This document shows, one piece after another, positions 49,570 through 59,549 of a DNA stretch of 64,000 nucleotides. Every line of letters starts with the position of its first letter. Position 1 is the first letter of the stretch. Source of the DNA: Candidatus Hydrogenedentota bacterium (GTDB lineage Bacteria; Hydrogenedentota; Hydrogenedentia; Hydrogenedentales; SLHB01); the NCBI GenBank assembly GCA_963745075.1, contig CAVUWV010000010.1, positions 224,001 to 288,000 of the forward strand. Reading direction: 5' to 3'. Under the pieces are notes generated by a model that was given only the letters and a program-made list of their open reading frames with translations, had not been told where the DNA came from and did not search any database. The position numbers were made by a program, and so were the translations under genes.

Positions 49570-51108
49570 ATGGATGTACGCGCCGCACTTGTGGAGTACG
49601 CGACGGTGAGTGGCGTCGAGCCGGAGGTTACGGAGACCGCGACGGCCCGACAAGCTCGTTGGGTGTATCTTGCGGTGCTCGCCGTCATTCTCGTAATCGG
49701 CTTTGCGCTTCGCACGTACCGGCTTGACGACGAATGCATGTGGGTCGACGAGAGCGTCAGTTATCCCTACCTCCACCTGCCGACCTTAAGCGCGTTTCTG
49801 AGCGAAGTCCCCGTCCACGATCCCGTCATGTCGCCCCTGTACTTCACGTTGGAATACTACTGGGCGCGGGTCGCGGGCGATTCCATCATTGCCGTGCGCT
49901 GGCTTTCCATTCTCTTCGGCCTCGCGTCCATCGCGCTGATCTACGCATTGGGGACGTTAATCTACAATCGTCGCGCCGGGCTCATCGCCGCGCTCTGCAC
50001 CGCGCTGGCCATTCCGCACGTTTACTATTCGCAGGAGATCCGCACGTATGCGCTGGTGCTCTGTCTCTCGCTCGCGTCCATGTACACGTTCGTGCGATTG
50101 TTGCGTGATTCGCAACGAGTCTGGTGGGTTCTACACGTCATCGGCAACGCCCTGCTTCTCGCGACCCACCTCTTTGGCGTATTGGTCATCTTCGTTCAAG
50201 GCGTCCACCTTCTCGCACTCTATGGAAGGCGTTGGCGGCTGTGGGGCGCCTGGGGCGCGGCGCAGGCCCTGTTATTGATCCCCTTCCTGATTCGCGTAAA
50301 CCATCTTCGCGGTGATGCGCTCGACCATGCGATCGCGCAGATCCCTGTGCCCTCGCTACGCTGGTTGCTCAATACCTATTGCGTCTATTACGTCGGCGTT
50401 GAACCCTGGGGAGGACGTTTGCCCAGCGGGTACTGGCTCGTCGCTCCGGTTGTCACCTTGATTGTCTTGTCGTTCCTTTGGTCCTGGTTTGAGGACCTGC
50501 ACGGCCGGAAAGTCAAACCGGTGCGACTGAACGTATTTGTGCTGCTGATGCTTTGGTACGTCCTGCCGCCCTTGGCCCTCTATCTCTTGTCTTTCGCAGT
50601 GACCCCGTGCTTTGTCGAACCCTACACGCTCTATTCGTCCTTCGCCCTATTTCTGATGTTGGGCGGGGTTCTGTCGGCGGTACGGCGGCCTTGGTGGACG
50701 GCGTTCGTGCTGTGCACCATAACCGCCGGTTACGCATGGGCATGGTATGACGTCGCGCGTCCATTCCGCCTCGACTACCGCAACGCCGCCGTGCTGCTCG
50801 ATGGCACGTCCCGTCCCGGCGAGCCCATCGTGGGTTGGAAAGAGGTAGGGTCGACCTTGTTGGATCCGTATTCACGCGTTCCGTTCGATGACCGGTTCGT
50901 CCATACGGATTCGGTCAAGGAGATCCTGCAAAAAGTGGAGGAATTGGCGGGTCGGGGCGAGTCCTGTTGGGTCGTCGTGTACGACGGACCCGCCGGGGAC
51001 CCCCGTCCGGACCTGGAATCCCAATTACGCAGGCGCGAATTCCGGTATCACCGAACCGAGATCGGAGGTCTTCGCACCCTCTACGTTTACCACATCACTC
51101 GCGGATGA
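49570..51108 (+). CDS. GT-C (family 39/PMT-like) membrane glycosyltransferase
   Basis: LRTYRL..MWVDE, PLYF, RWLSILFG, YYSQEIRTYAL, many TM helices. Confidence 0.85.
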   Translation: MDVRAALVEYATVSGVEPEVTETATARQARWVYLAVLAVILVIGFALRTYRLDDECMWVDESVSYPYLHLPTLSAFLSEVPVHDPVMSPLYFTLEYYWARVAGDSIIAVRWLSILFGLASIALIYALGTLIYNRRAGLIAALCTALAIPHVYYSQEIRTYALVLCLSLASMYTFVRLLRDSQRVWWVLHVIGNALLLATHLFGVLVIFVQGVHLLALYGRRWRLWGAWGAAQALLLIPFLIRVNHLRGDALDHAIAQIPVPSLRWLLNTYCVYYVGVEPWGGRLPSGYWLVAPVVTLIVLSFLWSWFEDLHGRKVKPVRLNVFVLLMLWYVLPPLALYLLSFAVTPCFVEPYTLYSSFALFLMLGGVLSAVRRPWWTAFVLCTITAGYAWAWYDVARPFRLDYRNAAVLLDGTSRPGEPIVGWKEVGSTLLDPYSRVPFDDRFVHTDSVKEILQKVEELAGRGESCWVVVYDGPAGDPRPDLESQLRRREFRYHRTEIGGLRTLYVYHITRG

Positions 51109-51304
51109 TTCCCGTATCGCCAATCCCCGTTGCCGATAGGATTGACACCGGTCGGTTTTCTATCGCGCAGTGTTCGAGCCTTGTCTATAAAAGCGGTTGA
51201 ATTTCTCGCAGTGTCTCCAGTATTGTCATTTCGGCTCGGCTTGGATCCGATTCAAGGTGGTGGAGGCAAACGGAAAGTCTAACCTGTCGAGGGGACTGAA
51301 CTGC

Positions 51305-52171
51305 GTGATCAATCAGCGAATCATGCGCAAGTTGCTGTTGGTCGAGGATTTCCCTACGCTCCCGGAGGTGATGAACCAAATCCTCAGCACGGTGGAAAGC
51401 GAAGACTCGTCCGCCGAAGAACTCACGGCCGTAATCGAACAAGACCACGCCATCTCCGTGCGCGTTCTGCGAATGGCCAATTCCGCGTTCTACGGATTGC
51501 GCAATCCCGTGGCGACCCTTCGTCTGGCGGTCGTCGTACTTGGGTTTAACCAGGTACGTCTCCTTGCGCTGGCTACGACCGTTTTTGATACGATGGCCAA
51601 GCGCCACCAATTCGCCATGGATCCCACGGACTTCTGGATGCACTCCCTCGGTACTGCCAAGGCCGCTCAAATCCTGGCCCGCAACCGGTCCGCGACGGAT
51701 TCGGTCGCCACGTGCTTTACGGCCGGCCTCATTCACGATGTGGGCAAATACATGTTGGCCCTGGCCCTGATGGACGAGTATCACGCCATTGTCCGGGAGG
51801 CCGAAGATGCCGCGTGTTCCCTGCGGCAGATCGAGCTGGAACGAATCGAAACGACCTCCTTCGAAGTCGGCGCCTGGCTCTGTGACAAGTGGCGGCTTCC
51901 CACAGCTATCGGTAAGACCATTCAGGCGATACCCCGGGCGGCAAGTTACGCGGGCGACGGAAAAGACGACGTGGTGACCGTGGCTCTTGCAGACCAGTTG
52001 GCCCGCGCCGCGGGCTTCGGGATGGCCGGCGACTGGGACGAACCGAAATCCGATCCGCAACTGGCCGTCGCGCTCGGGCTGGATCCGGGGAGCATCCAGG
52101 CCGTGCTCGAAGAGATGCGTGGACTTCTCGCGGATACCCGGGAATTTATCCAACACTTGGGGCAAAGTTAG
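51305..52171 (+). CDS. HDOD domain signal-transduction protein
   Basis: PTLPEV, IEQD..VLRMANSAFYG, AVVVLGF, FWMHS, AGLIHDVGK, KWRLP. Confidence 0.92.
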   Translation: MINQRIMRKLLLVEDFPTLPEVMNQILSTVESEDSSAEELTAVIEQDHAISVRVLRMANSAFYGLRNPVATLRLAVVVLGFNQVRLLALATTVFDTMAKRHQFAMDPTDFWMHSLGTAKAAQILARNRSATDSVATCFTAGLIHDVGKYMLALALMDEYHAIVREAEDAACSLRQIELERIETTSFEVGAWLCDKWRLPTAIGKTIQAIPRAASYAGDGKDDVVTVALADQLARAAGFGMAGDWDEPKSDPQLAVALGLDPGSIQAVLEEMRGLLADTREFIQHLGQS

Positions 52172-52199
52172 AGCGAGCAACGACAAGGACGCAGGAACC

Positions 52200-54686
52200 G
52201 TGGAGCAGACCAATCGACCGTCGGAATCGCGCTCGTACGCCGAGGCGCTTCAACAGCTTTCCGTGCGATACGAACAGCTCGTTCGAAGCATCTCCATCCT
52301 CCACGAAATCGACGAAATCGACGACCCCGGTTTGGAAGTTTCGGAGATTTGCACGCGACTCGTAGACGCGCTGGCCGCGGGTCTCGCCGCCGAGAATTGT
52401 TCCTTGACCATGTTGGACGAGCGAGGAGAATTTCTGGAACTACGTGCCGCTTCCAGTCCCTTTGAGAATGTGAGCAAGTATTTTGGTTCCGGCGAATGGC
52501 ACGGCAAAAAGTTTCGGACGGACGAGGGCATCATCGGGAAAACCGTTCAGACCGGCCAACCGATCCGCATTGAAGACGTAACCCAGCACCAGGCGTTCGT
52601 TCAGGTCAAAGGCAGCCCCGTGGAATTGCGTTCGCTGATGTGCTTTCCCATCCGCCTCGCGGGCAAGACCGTCGGCGCAATGAGTTTGAGTCACTCCTCT
52701 CCGGGTTTTTTCACCTTGGAAAGTGAGAAGACCATGGAACTCGTGGCGGATCGCGCTGGACGGCTGTTGACCGGTCACATGCTGCGCGAGCGCCTGCGGG
52801 ACGCAGAACAACACTATCGGCTCCTGATGAGAGACGCCGCCGACGCCATTCTGGTCTTCGGGATCAAGGGGGACGTGGTTAGCGCGAATCCCGCCGTCGA
52901 AGCGATTACCGGTGTTGCCGTCGACGACCTTATTGCCGGCACGACAACGTGGGATTCGGGCGTTCATGAGGAAGACCTTCCCAAGTTCAACGAATATCGC
53001 GAACGCATTCTCACCTCGGAGGAGACAGTCGCAGTCGATTACCGGTATCGCGACGCTTCCGATGCCATCCACTATCTGGAAGAGCGCGGCTCCACCATGC
53101 GCGATGCCAAAGGCAACTGCACCGGAATTATCTCGGTCATTCGCGACGAGACGGAGCGTAAACTCGCCGACCGCGAACACCGCCGGCTCGCCACGGCGAT
53201 CGAGCAAGCCGCTGAGAGCATCGTAATCACGAACACAGACGGACTTATCGAGTACGTCAATCCGGCCTTCGAACGAATCACCGGCTACACACGCGACGAG
53301 GCGATTGGGCAGAACTCCCGAATTCTGAAGAGCGGTCGACAAGAACGTTCCGTTTATGAAAGCCTCTGGGAAACCATCATGCGCGGCGACGTCTGGACCG
53401 GCCGGCTGGTTAACAAGAAGAAAGACGGCACCCACTACACCGAAGACCTCGTAATCTCCCCGGTCCGCGACGAAGTCGGGACCATCACGCATTTCGTAGC
53501 GGTCAAACGGGATGTCACGCAGGAAGTCAACCTCGAGAACCAGCTCCAACAGGCCCACAAGATGGAAGCGGTCGGCCAGCTCGCCGGTGGGGTGGCGCAT
53601 GACTTCAATAACCTCCTCCAGGCCATCAGTGGCTACGCGCAGTTAGCCATGTCCTATATCGACACGGGCAGCGAGAGCCAGCGATTCTTGAAGGAGGTGC
53701 TGGACGCCTCGGAACGCGCCGGCGGCTTGACCCGGCAATTGCTCGCATTCAGCCGCCGGGAAGCGCTCCAACCCAAGGACATCAACCTTAATACGGTCAT
53801 CACCGACATGACCACGATGCTGCGTCGCATCATTGGTGAACATATCGATCTTCAGTTGGAAAGCGCTTCCGACCTCAAGACCGTCTGTGCCGACGCCGGC
53901 CAGATTGGGCAAGTCATCATCAATCTATGTGTGAACGCGCGGGATGCCATGCCCGGCGGCGGTAAAATCGTCATCGAAACGCGAAACATGCGCGTGGACT
54001 CCGCCTTTACCCGCCTTCACCGCTGGGCTCGCGAGGGCGAACAGTACGTCCTCGTATCCGTCTCCGACACGGGCCAGGGGATGCCGCAACACATTCAAGC
54101 CCGCATCTTCGACCCCTTCTACACGACCAAGGATGTCGGCAAGGGAAGCGGGATGGGGCTTGCCATCGTCTACGGCATCATCAAGCAGCACGACGGCATG
54201 ATTACCGTCTACAGTGAGGAGGAGAAAGGCACCGTCTTCCGTGTGTATCTCCCCGCCGTGGATCGCCTGCCGGCCGAAGATGACAAGGCTCGAGACGCCG
54301 ACGCGCCCCGGGGACGCGGTGAAACCGTTCTGGTTGCCGAAGACGACAACAGCGTACGAAACTTGGCCACACACATCCTGACCATGGCCGGGTATCAGGT
54401 CCTCATCGCGCGCAACGGGGAAGAGGCCATTTCGGTTTTCGATAACCATTCCGACGGGATCGATCTGGCCGTGCTCGATGTCGTCATGCCGAAACGCAGC
54501 GGCCGCGACGTGTACGACCACATCCGCGCACGCTTTCCCGATTTACCCATCGTTTTCAGTAGCGGGTACAGTCTCAGCGTCCTGGACAACAAGTTCATCG
54601 AGAAGTCCAACGCCCACACGATCGAGAAGCCCTACAGCCAAAAGGCGCTTCTGGAGATCGTCCGTTCCGCACTCGGCAAAGGTTAG
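52200..54686 (+). CDS. Hybrid sensor histidine kinase GAF-PAS-PAS-HisKA-HATPase-REC
   Basis: YVNPAFERITGY, LAGGVAHDFNNLL, NLCVNARDAM, DTGQG, FDPFYTTK, GSGMGL, VAEDD..DVVMP..KP. Confidence 0.93.
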   Translation: MEQTNRPSESRSYAEALQQLSVRYEQLVRSISILHEIDEIDDPGLEVSEICTRLVDALAAGLAAENCSLTMLDERGEFLELRAASSPFENVSKYFGSGEWHGKKFRTDEGIIGKTVQTGQPIRIEDVTQHQAFVQVKGSPVELRSLMCFPIRLAGKTVGAMSLSHSSPGFFTLESEKTMELVADRAGRLLTGHMLRERLRDAEQHYRLLMRDAADAILVFGIKGDVVSANPAVEAITGVAVDDLIAGTTTWDSGVHEEDLPKFNEYRERILTSEETVAVDYRYRDASDAIHYLEERGSTMRDAKGNCTGIISVIRDETERKLADREHRRLATAIEQAAESIVITNTDGLIEYVNPAFERITGYTRDEAIGQNSRILKSGRQERSVYESLWETIMRGDVWTGRLVNKKKDGTHYTEDLVISPVRDEVGTITHFVAVKRDVTQEVNLENQLQQAHKMEAVGQLAGGVAHDFNNLLQAISGYAQLAMSYIDTGSESQRFLKEVLDASERAGGLTRQLLAFSRREALQPKDINLNTVITDMTTMLRRIIGEHIDLQLESASDLKTVCADAGQIGQVIINLCVNARDAMPGGGKIVIETRNMRVDSAFTRLHRWAREGEQYVLVSVSDTGQGMPQHIQARIFDPFYTTKDVGKGSGMGLAIVYGIIKQHDGMITVYSEEEKGTVFRVYLPAVDRLPAEDDKARDADAPRGRGETVLVAEDDNSVRNLATHILTMAGYQVLIARNGEEAISVFDNHSDGIDLAVLDVVMPKRSGRDVYDHIRARFPDLPIVFSSGYSLSVLDNKFIEKSNAHTIEKPYSQKALLEIVRSALGKG

Positions 54687-54739
54687 TCGGGAACCGAGCG
54701 CCGCTGCACTGTCTTGGCCTCAACGAGACGAAAAAAGAG

Positions 54740-54773
54740 AACGGGAGAAGACCCCGTCGGGTCTTCTCCCGTT
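54740..54773 (-). terminator. Intrinsic terminator between convergent genes
   Basis: 15-bp perfect stem AACGGGAGAAGACCC-CGTC-GGGTCTTCTCCCGTT followed on the minus strand by CTCTTTTTT. Confidence 0.75.
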
Positions 54774-54843
54774 ATGCGTTCGATGCACTGCATTACCGAC
54801 TCGCGCCAATCGCGGCGGGAAGCGGGCGCGTTGCCGGCGCGTA

Positions 54844-55659
54844 TTACGCCTTAGTGCGCTTGGCGCGACGCAAGAACAGCCCCGCCAGTCCCAGTCCCAT
54901 CAGCGACAGCGTCGTGGGTTCGGGAACAATCGTTTCACTGCCGCTCAACACGGCCCATTCCTCGAAACCGTCGGAGGTGTTATAGTTGCCATTCGGTAAT
55001 CCCATGCCCGGATCCACACCCAAACCGCCGAAATGTGAGTACAGCGTGATCACGGCGGAGTCTTGATAAGCCGCGAACGACGAATTAGGAATGTACAGGA
55101 ACATGTCTCCCGAACCGCTACCCGTATTCAAGGCATAATTCAGACCAACGGCGCTGTCGCCGCCGGCGTCCATGCGATACACCAAGGTTCCGTCGTGGTC
55201 AAGAACACCACCCGTGAAGCTGGTTACGTTGCTGTTCGCCGTGCCGCCGACAAAGAGTTGGACTTCGTCGAGCGACAAATACTGGTCCAACGACGCATTG
55301 TTGTTCTCGTTGATATCCAACAAGAACTGGCGATAGAACGTGCCGCCGACGTCGACGACCGGAACGTCCCCCAGCGTAATTGAGTGATTGAAGTTGTCCG
55401 CTGAGCCGTTGTCGAACACGTTGTTTACTGTCGTATTATACGCTTGGCTCTGCGTACTGTTGGTGGACACCTGCTCGAACGAGTCGATCACGCCCGTACC
55501 GGTCGACTGAGGGTTGATTTGCTGGTAAATTGCTCCATTGATTGTCCCACTCGCCCCTGCCGTCGTGAGATTGACAATGGTAGCCCCTGCGGACTGAGCC
55601 GCAATGGCCATGAGCACCACTAACGTGCTCTGCACCAGTAATTTCCATTTCCCCGCCAT
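54844..55659 (-). CDS. PEP-CTERM sorting domain protein
   Basis: Signal peptide; C-terminal VPEPTTLSLMGLGLAGLFLRRAKR; GSGSGDM and GFEEW blocks. Confidence 0.93.
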   Translation of the reverse strand: MAGKWKLLVQSTLVVLMAIAAQSAGATIVNLTTAGASGTINGAIYQQINPQSTGTGVIDSFEQVSTNSTQSQAYNTTVNNVFDNGSADNFNHSITLGDVPVVDVGGTFYRQFLLDINENNNASLDQYLSLDEVQLFVGGTANSNVTSFTGGVLDHDGTLVYRMDAGGDSAVGLNYALNTGSGSGDMFLYIPNSSFAAYQDSAVITLYSHFGGLGVDPGMGLPNGNYNTSDGFEEWAVLSGSETIVPEPTTLSLMGLGLAGLFLRRAKRTKA

Positions 55660-55716
55660 ATTCCATCTCCTTAAGATTTAACATTTCCATAACTTTACGC
55701 AGCCGGCAGTAATATA

Positions 55717-55732
55717 AGCAATTAGTGGGCCA
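55717..55732 (-). promoter_or_regulatory. Sigma54 promoter of the PEP-CTERM gene
   Basis: Minus strand TGGCCCACTAATTGCT = GG-N10-GC, about 60 nt upstream of the ATG. Confidence 0.75.
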
Positions 55733-56195
55733 AGTGCGTTCGAGCGACATGGTTTGCGGGTATCTCGTTGAATTCTGTGGCTTGTTGTCACTCGCAAGTC
55801 TTTGGAAATAAATGCGTTGTTTGGACTCGGCATCGAACCGGTGACCGGCAATCTCAAAACCCGGTTCACGGGAACTTCAATGACCTCTCGGTTGGACGGT
55901 ATCAAGGATTCGCGGAAATGAATAATAGTTGTGCATAGGTGACCAATAATTGCAAACCTTAGTTAATCAATTGTCAATACCAGCTTTCCTCCGTCAATGT
56001 GCGAATTCTTCCGTGGGCACGCTATGCGATGACTCGCAGTCGCTTCCTCGCGCACGGCCATTAATGGTCACGAGTGACCAACCGTATGCGCTCGGTAAAC
56101 TGCTCCGGCGCTGGATCGGGTTCGAGGCTGTATGGCGGGCGACCACGAAAATAACTTCTGTCGAGCGGGAAGGTTTGCGGCCGTTTTGGTCCGTC

Positions 56196-57752
56196 TTACC
56201 GGATTCGCCGAAAGATGCTCCGCGCATTGTTTCCACAAATCCGCCGTTTCTCTTCGTCCGCGATATCGGCGAGCGTCACGCGTCCCAGTTCCCACGCGAA
56301 GTCGAACATGGGGAAATCCGACCCGTAGAGAATCTTGTCCGCGCCCACGAAATCGATGAGCTTCCGCAGCGCCCCCCGGTGCGCCGCCGAACCCGAGAGA
56401 TCTACGTACAGATTGGGCGTCGTCTGCACGCGCGCGTACAACGCCCGGCCATCCGCGCTGTCCCCGTTCCACAAGCATGCGTGCGCCATGATGAAGTTGG
56501 CGTTCGGGTACTGGAGGCAGATGCCGTCCCAGTCGTCCATCCCCCCGCCGTGAACCAGCACGGGCAAATCGTTTTCGTTGGCAAAGGCCAGGCATTTCGC
56601 GTAGCCCTTTTCGTGCAACTGTGCGCCGTGGAGATAACAATGAAGCTTGAGCCCGACGAAGTTCGAGCCGTCCCGCAGGTAACGTGTCACGTCCGCGAGG
56701 CTACCTTGTGGATCGTTCGGGTTCACGACGACGTATCCGTACAACCGCTCGGGATACTCCGCAACCCAATTCGCCGTTTCCTGGTTGCCGGCGCGCGTCT
56801 CTCCGTGAATGGCCGCGAAACTGCTCATGACAAATTTGTCGATTCCGCAACGGTCCATGGACCGCAGGAAGGCCTCGGGACTCTTCAACGGCGTCGTCGT
56901 CCGTTCCCACGACCCGCAATGACCGTGCACGTCGATGACGGGTACAGCAGACTTGATCGCGTCGACCGCAAGGGAAGGGCAGGTATCTTCGACCGGTTCG
57001 ACATTCAGAATCCGCCGTGCATTACCGCTCGCCATCAACGCCAACGCCGTCGGCTCGATACTCGCGGCGAGAGTCTGAGCGGTCACACATTCCGCGGCCC
57101 GCCGGGGCAATCCCGATCCGAAGAGAAATTGTTCGGCGAATCCGAATTGTGCCGTTTGCTCGAAGAAGTCGGGGGGGAGGAACGCGCTATATTCGAAGTA
57201 AACATTCGGCGTGGAATAAAGCAGACCTTCAACCGCCCGCGCATCGCCGACCGTAACGCCGGGCACGACGATATTGAGTTGGGGATAGCGTTCGGCCAGG
57301 GATTGAATGGTTCCCCATGGGATGACGTTCTGCGACCAATGTCGAATCCCGTAATCCAGTAGCAGCGGCATGCCCGCGCTTTCCAGCTCCTCAAAAAGCT
57401 GGCCCACGCACCAATCTTCCAAGGGATAGAGGCTGTGCAGCGGCACCATCCGTGCGGCATGGACCCCGCGCTCCCGGGCCGTCGCCACCCAAGACTCGGC
57501 GTCCGGTAAATCCCCCAGGTACGAGGGCGCCATGACCCAACAAGGATAGAGATTGTCATGATGTGCCAACGCCTCGAGCAACAACTCGTTGCCCATCATG
57601 ACGTCGCCTTCCGCTGCCAGCGCGTGATAGACCAGCGCCTCGCCGATTCCCAGGCGTTTCAATTCCGCCTGCAACGCGTCCGCGTCATCGAACGAGCCGC
57701 CTACCGGTTGCGCGAACCGCCCCAACGCCACGTTCATGTCGAGAAAAGCCAT
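56196..57752 (-). CDS. Tandem amidohydrolase (Amidohydro_2) protein
   Basis: Two TIM-barrel units: FLDMNV..FLFGSGLP and VIDVHGH..GLKLH..VLVH..MAH..LYGSDFP. Confidence 0.88.
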   Translation of the reverse strand: MAFLDMNVALGRFAQPVGGSFDDADALQAELKRLGIGEALVYHALAAEGDVMMGNELLLEALAHHDNLYPCWVMAPSYLGDLPDAESWVATARERGVHAARMVPLHSLYPLEDWCVGQLFEELESAGMPLLLDYGIRHWSQNVIPWGTIQSLAERYPQLNIVVPGVTVGDARAVEGLLYSTPNVYFEYSAFLPPDFFEQTAQFGFAEQFLFGSGLPRRAAECVTAQTLAASIEPTALALMASGNARRILNVEPVEDTCPSLAVDAIKSAVPVIDVHGHCGSWERTTTPLKSPEAFLRSMDRCGIDKFVMSSFAAIHGETRAGNQETANWVAEYPERLYGYVVVNPNDPQGSLADVTRYLRDGSNFVGLKLHCYLHGAQLHEKGYAKCLAFANENDLPVLVHGGGMDDWDGICLQYPNANFIMAHACLWNGDSADGRALYARVQTTPNLYVDLSGSAAHRGALRKLIDFVGADKILYGSDFPMFDFAWELGRVTLADIADEEKRRICGNNARSIFRRIR

Positions 57753-57856
57753 AGTCCTCCTTCGTATTCGATTGGCGTCACTTACCCCAAAGGCTATCAC
57801 GCACTCCAGAGTACCGGCAACTGCGCCTCCAAGCGCGCTCGCCAGTAGCTATTCGC

Positions 57857-57903
57857 GGATCGGACCGATCGGACGGATCGGTCCGATGGGTCCGATCCGG
57901 TCG
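57857..57903. repeat. Self-complementary nonamer array (GATCGGACC/GATCGGTCC)
   Basis: GGATCGGACCGATCGGACGGATCGGTCCGATGGGTCCGATCC. Confidence 0.75.
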
Positions 57904-58104
57904 GCCGCCCGGGCTCATTGGCAATCCACCACTTGTCGTGATCTATAATCCATTTCCGAGTGTCGGCTGTGTGCGAACGCCGGTGCTCACGTTCGGGCAC
58001 GATAACCATCGAAGTGCATTTCCGTGACTCTTCCTGGTTAGAACCACCGGATTCCCGTTCCCTACTTTCTGCGTGAACGGGGACCGCTAGAAGGAGAGGA
58101 AGCA

Positions 58105-59445
58105 ATGGCCAACGAATCTCATCCTGGTGGCGCCGTCCGCGGCACCGTGAGTCGCCGCCAATTCCTGAAGCGTGGCGCGGCTGGCGCGGCCGCTGTGGCT
58201 GCGTTGCCCAACATCATTACGTCCAAAGCTCTGGGTGCGGAAGGTGCAACGCCCGCGAGCGACCGCCTCGTCCTGGGCATGATCGGGATGGGCAAGATGA
58301 TGGGGGGCCACGTCGGCAGCTTCCTCGGCACGCCGAGCTGTCAGATTGCGGCTATCTGCGACGTGGAGACGCGCCGCCTGGACGCCAACAAGGCACGCAT
58401 CGAAGAGTCGTACGCACAGCGTGACGGTCAGGGTTCCTACAAGGGCTGCGACGTATACGGCGACTTCCGCGAACTGCTCGCGCGCGACGATATCGACGCG
58501 GTCGTTGTCGCAACCCCCGAGCATTGGCACGCGCTGATTGTGGTCCAGGCCGCGAAGGCCGGTAAGGATATCTATTGCGAAAAGCCCCTTTCCCACACGA
58601 TTCACGAGGCCCGCGCCATGGTCAACGCGGTCCGGCGGTATGGCCGCGTCTTTCAGACCGGCAGCCAGCAGCGGTCCAGCCGCGAATTCCGTGTCGCATG
58701 CGAACTGGTGCAAAACGGCCACATCGGGAAGATCCAGACGGTCCACGTCAATGTGGGGGGGCCGCCTGTCGACTGCTACCTCCCACCCGAACCGACGCCG
58801 GAAACCCTGAACTGGGACATGTGGCTGGGACCCGCGCCGTATCGTCCCTATAACTCCGACATCGCGCCGCCGATGGAGTTCGAGGGCTGGCCGAACTGGC
58901 GCGCGTACCGCGACTATTCCGGCGGCATGATGTGCGACTGGGGCGCGCACCACTTCGATATCGCCCAGTGGGGCCTCGGCATGGACGGCACCGGGCCGGT
59001 CGAAATCTACCCACCCGGCACCGGCGGCTACGACCTGCTTACCTACAAATACGCCAACGGCGTCGTCATGCAGCACGGTGGCGGCACGGGCGGCCGCGCG
59101 GGAGTCGAGTTCATCGGCACCGACGGACGGGTGATGGTCAACCGCGGATACATCGAAACCGATCCGCCGTCCATTCTTGAAACGCCGCTCAAACCCGACG
59201 ACATTCACCTCTATCACAGCGACAACCATCACGATAATTGGCTGCAATGCATTCGCACGCGCAACAAGCCGATCTGCGACGTGGCCATCGGATGCAGTTC
59301 CATCATCGTCTGTCACTTGGGCAATACCGCATATCGCCTCAAACGTCCGCTGAAATGGGATCCCGATGCAGAGCACTACGTGGACGATGACGAGGCCAAT
59401 CGCACGCTGAAGCGGCCCATGCGCAGCCCCTGGACCTTGGCATGA
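58105..59445 (+). CDS. Tat-exported Gfo/Idh/MocA oxidoreductase
   Basis: SRRQFLK Tat motif, IGMGKMM, ATPEHWH, YCEKP, QTGSQQRS, WDMWLGPAP, DWGAHHFD. Confidence 0.93.
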   Translation: MANESHPGGAVRGTVSRRQFLKRGAAGAAAVAALPNIITSKALGAEGATPASDRLVLGMIGMGKMMGGHVGSFLGTPSCQIAAICDVETRRLDANKARIEESYAQRDGQGSYKGCDVYGDFRELLARDDIDAVVVATPEHWHALIVVQAAKAGKDIYCEKPLSHTIHEARAMVNAVRRYGRVFQTGSQQRSSREFRVACELVQNGHIGKIQTVHVNVGGPPVDCYLPPEPTPETLNWDMWLGPAPYRPYNSDIAPPMEFEGWPNWRAYRDYSGGMMCDWGAHHFDIAQWGLGMDGTGPVEIYPPGTGGYDLLTYKYANGVVMQHGGGTGGRAGVEFIGTDGRVMVNRGYIETDPPSILETPLKPDDIHLYHSDNHHDNWLQCIRTRNKPICDVAIGCSSIIVCHLGNTAYRLKRPLKWDPDAEHYVDDDEANRTLKRPMRSPWTLA

Positions 59446-59549
59446 GTACGGCACAAGGTAAGCAGAACGGGACTGACATCGTCTTTCGCGGAGGCTTTGC
59501 GGAACGAAACACGGTGTCTTTCCCTTGCTTCATATCGAAGGAGAATGTC

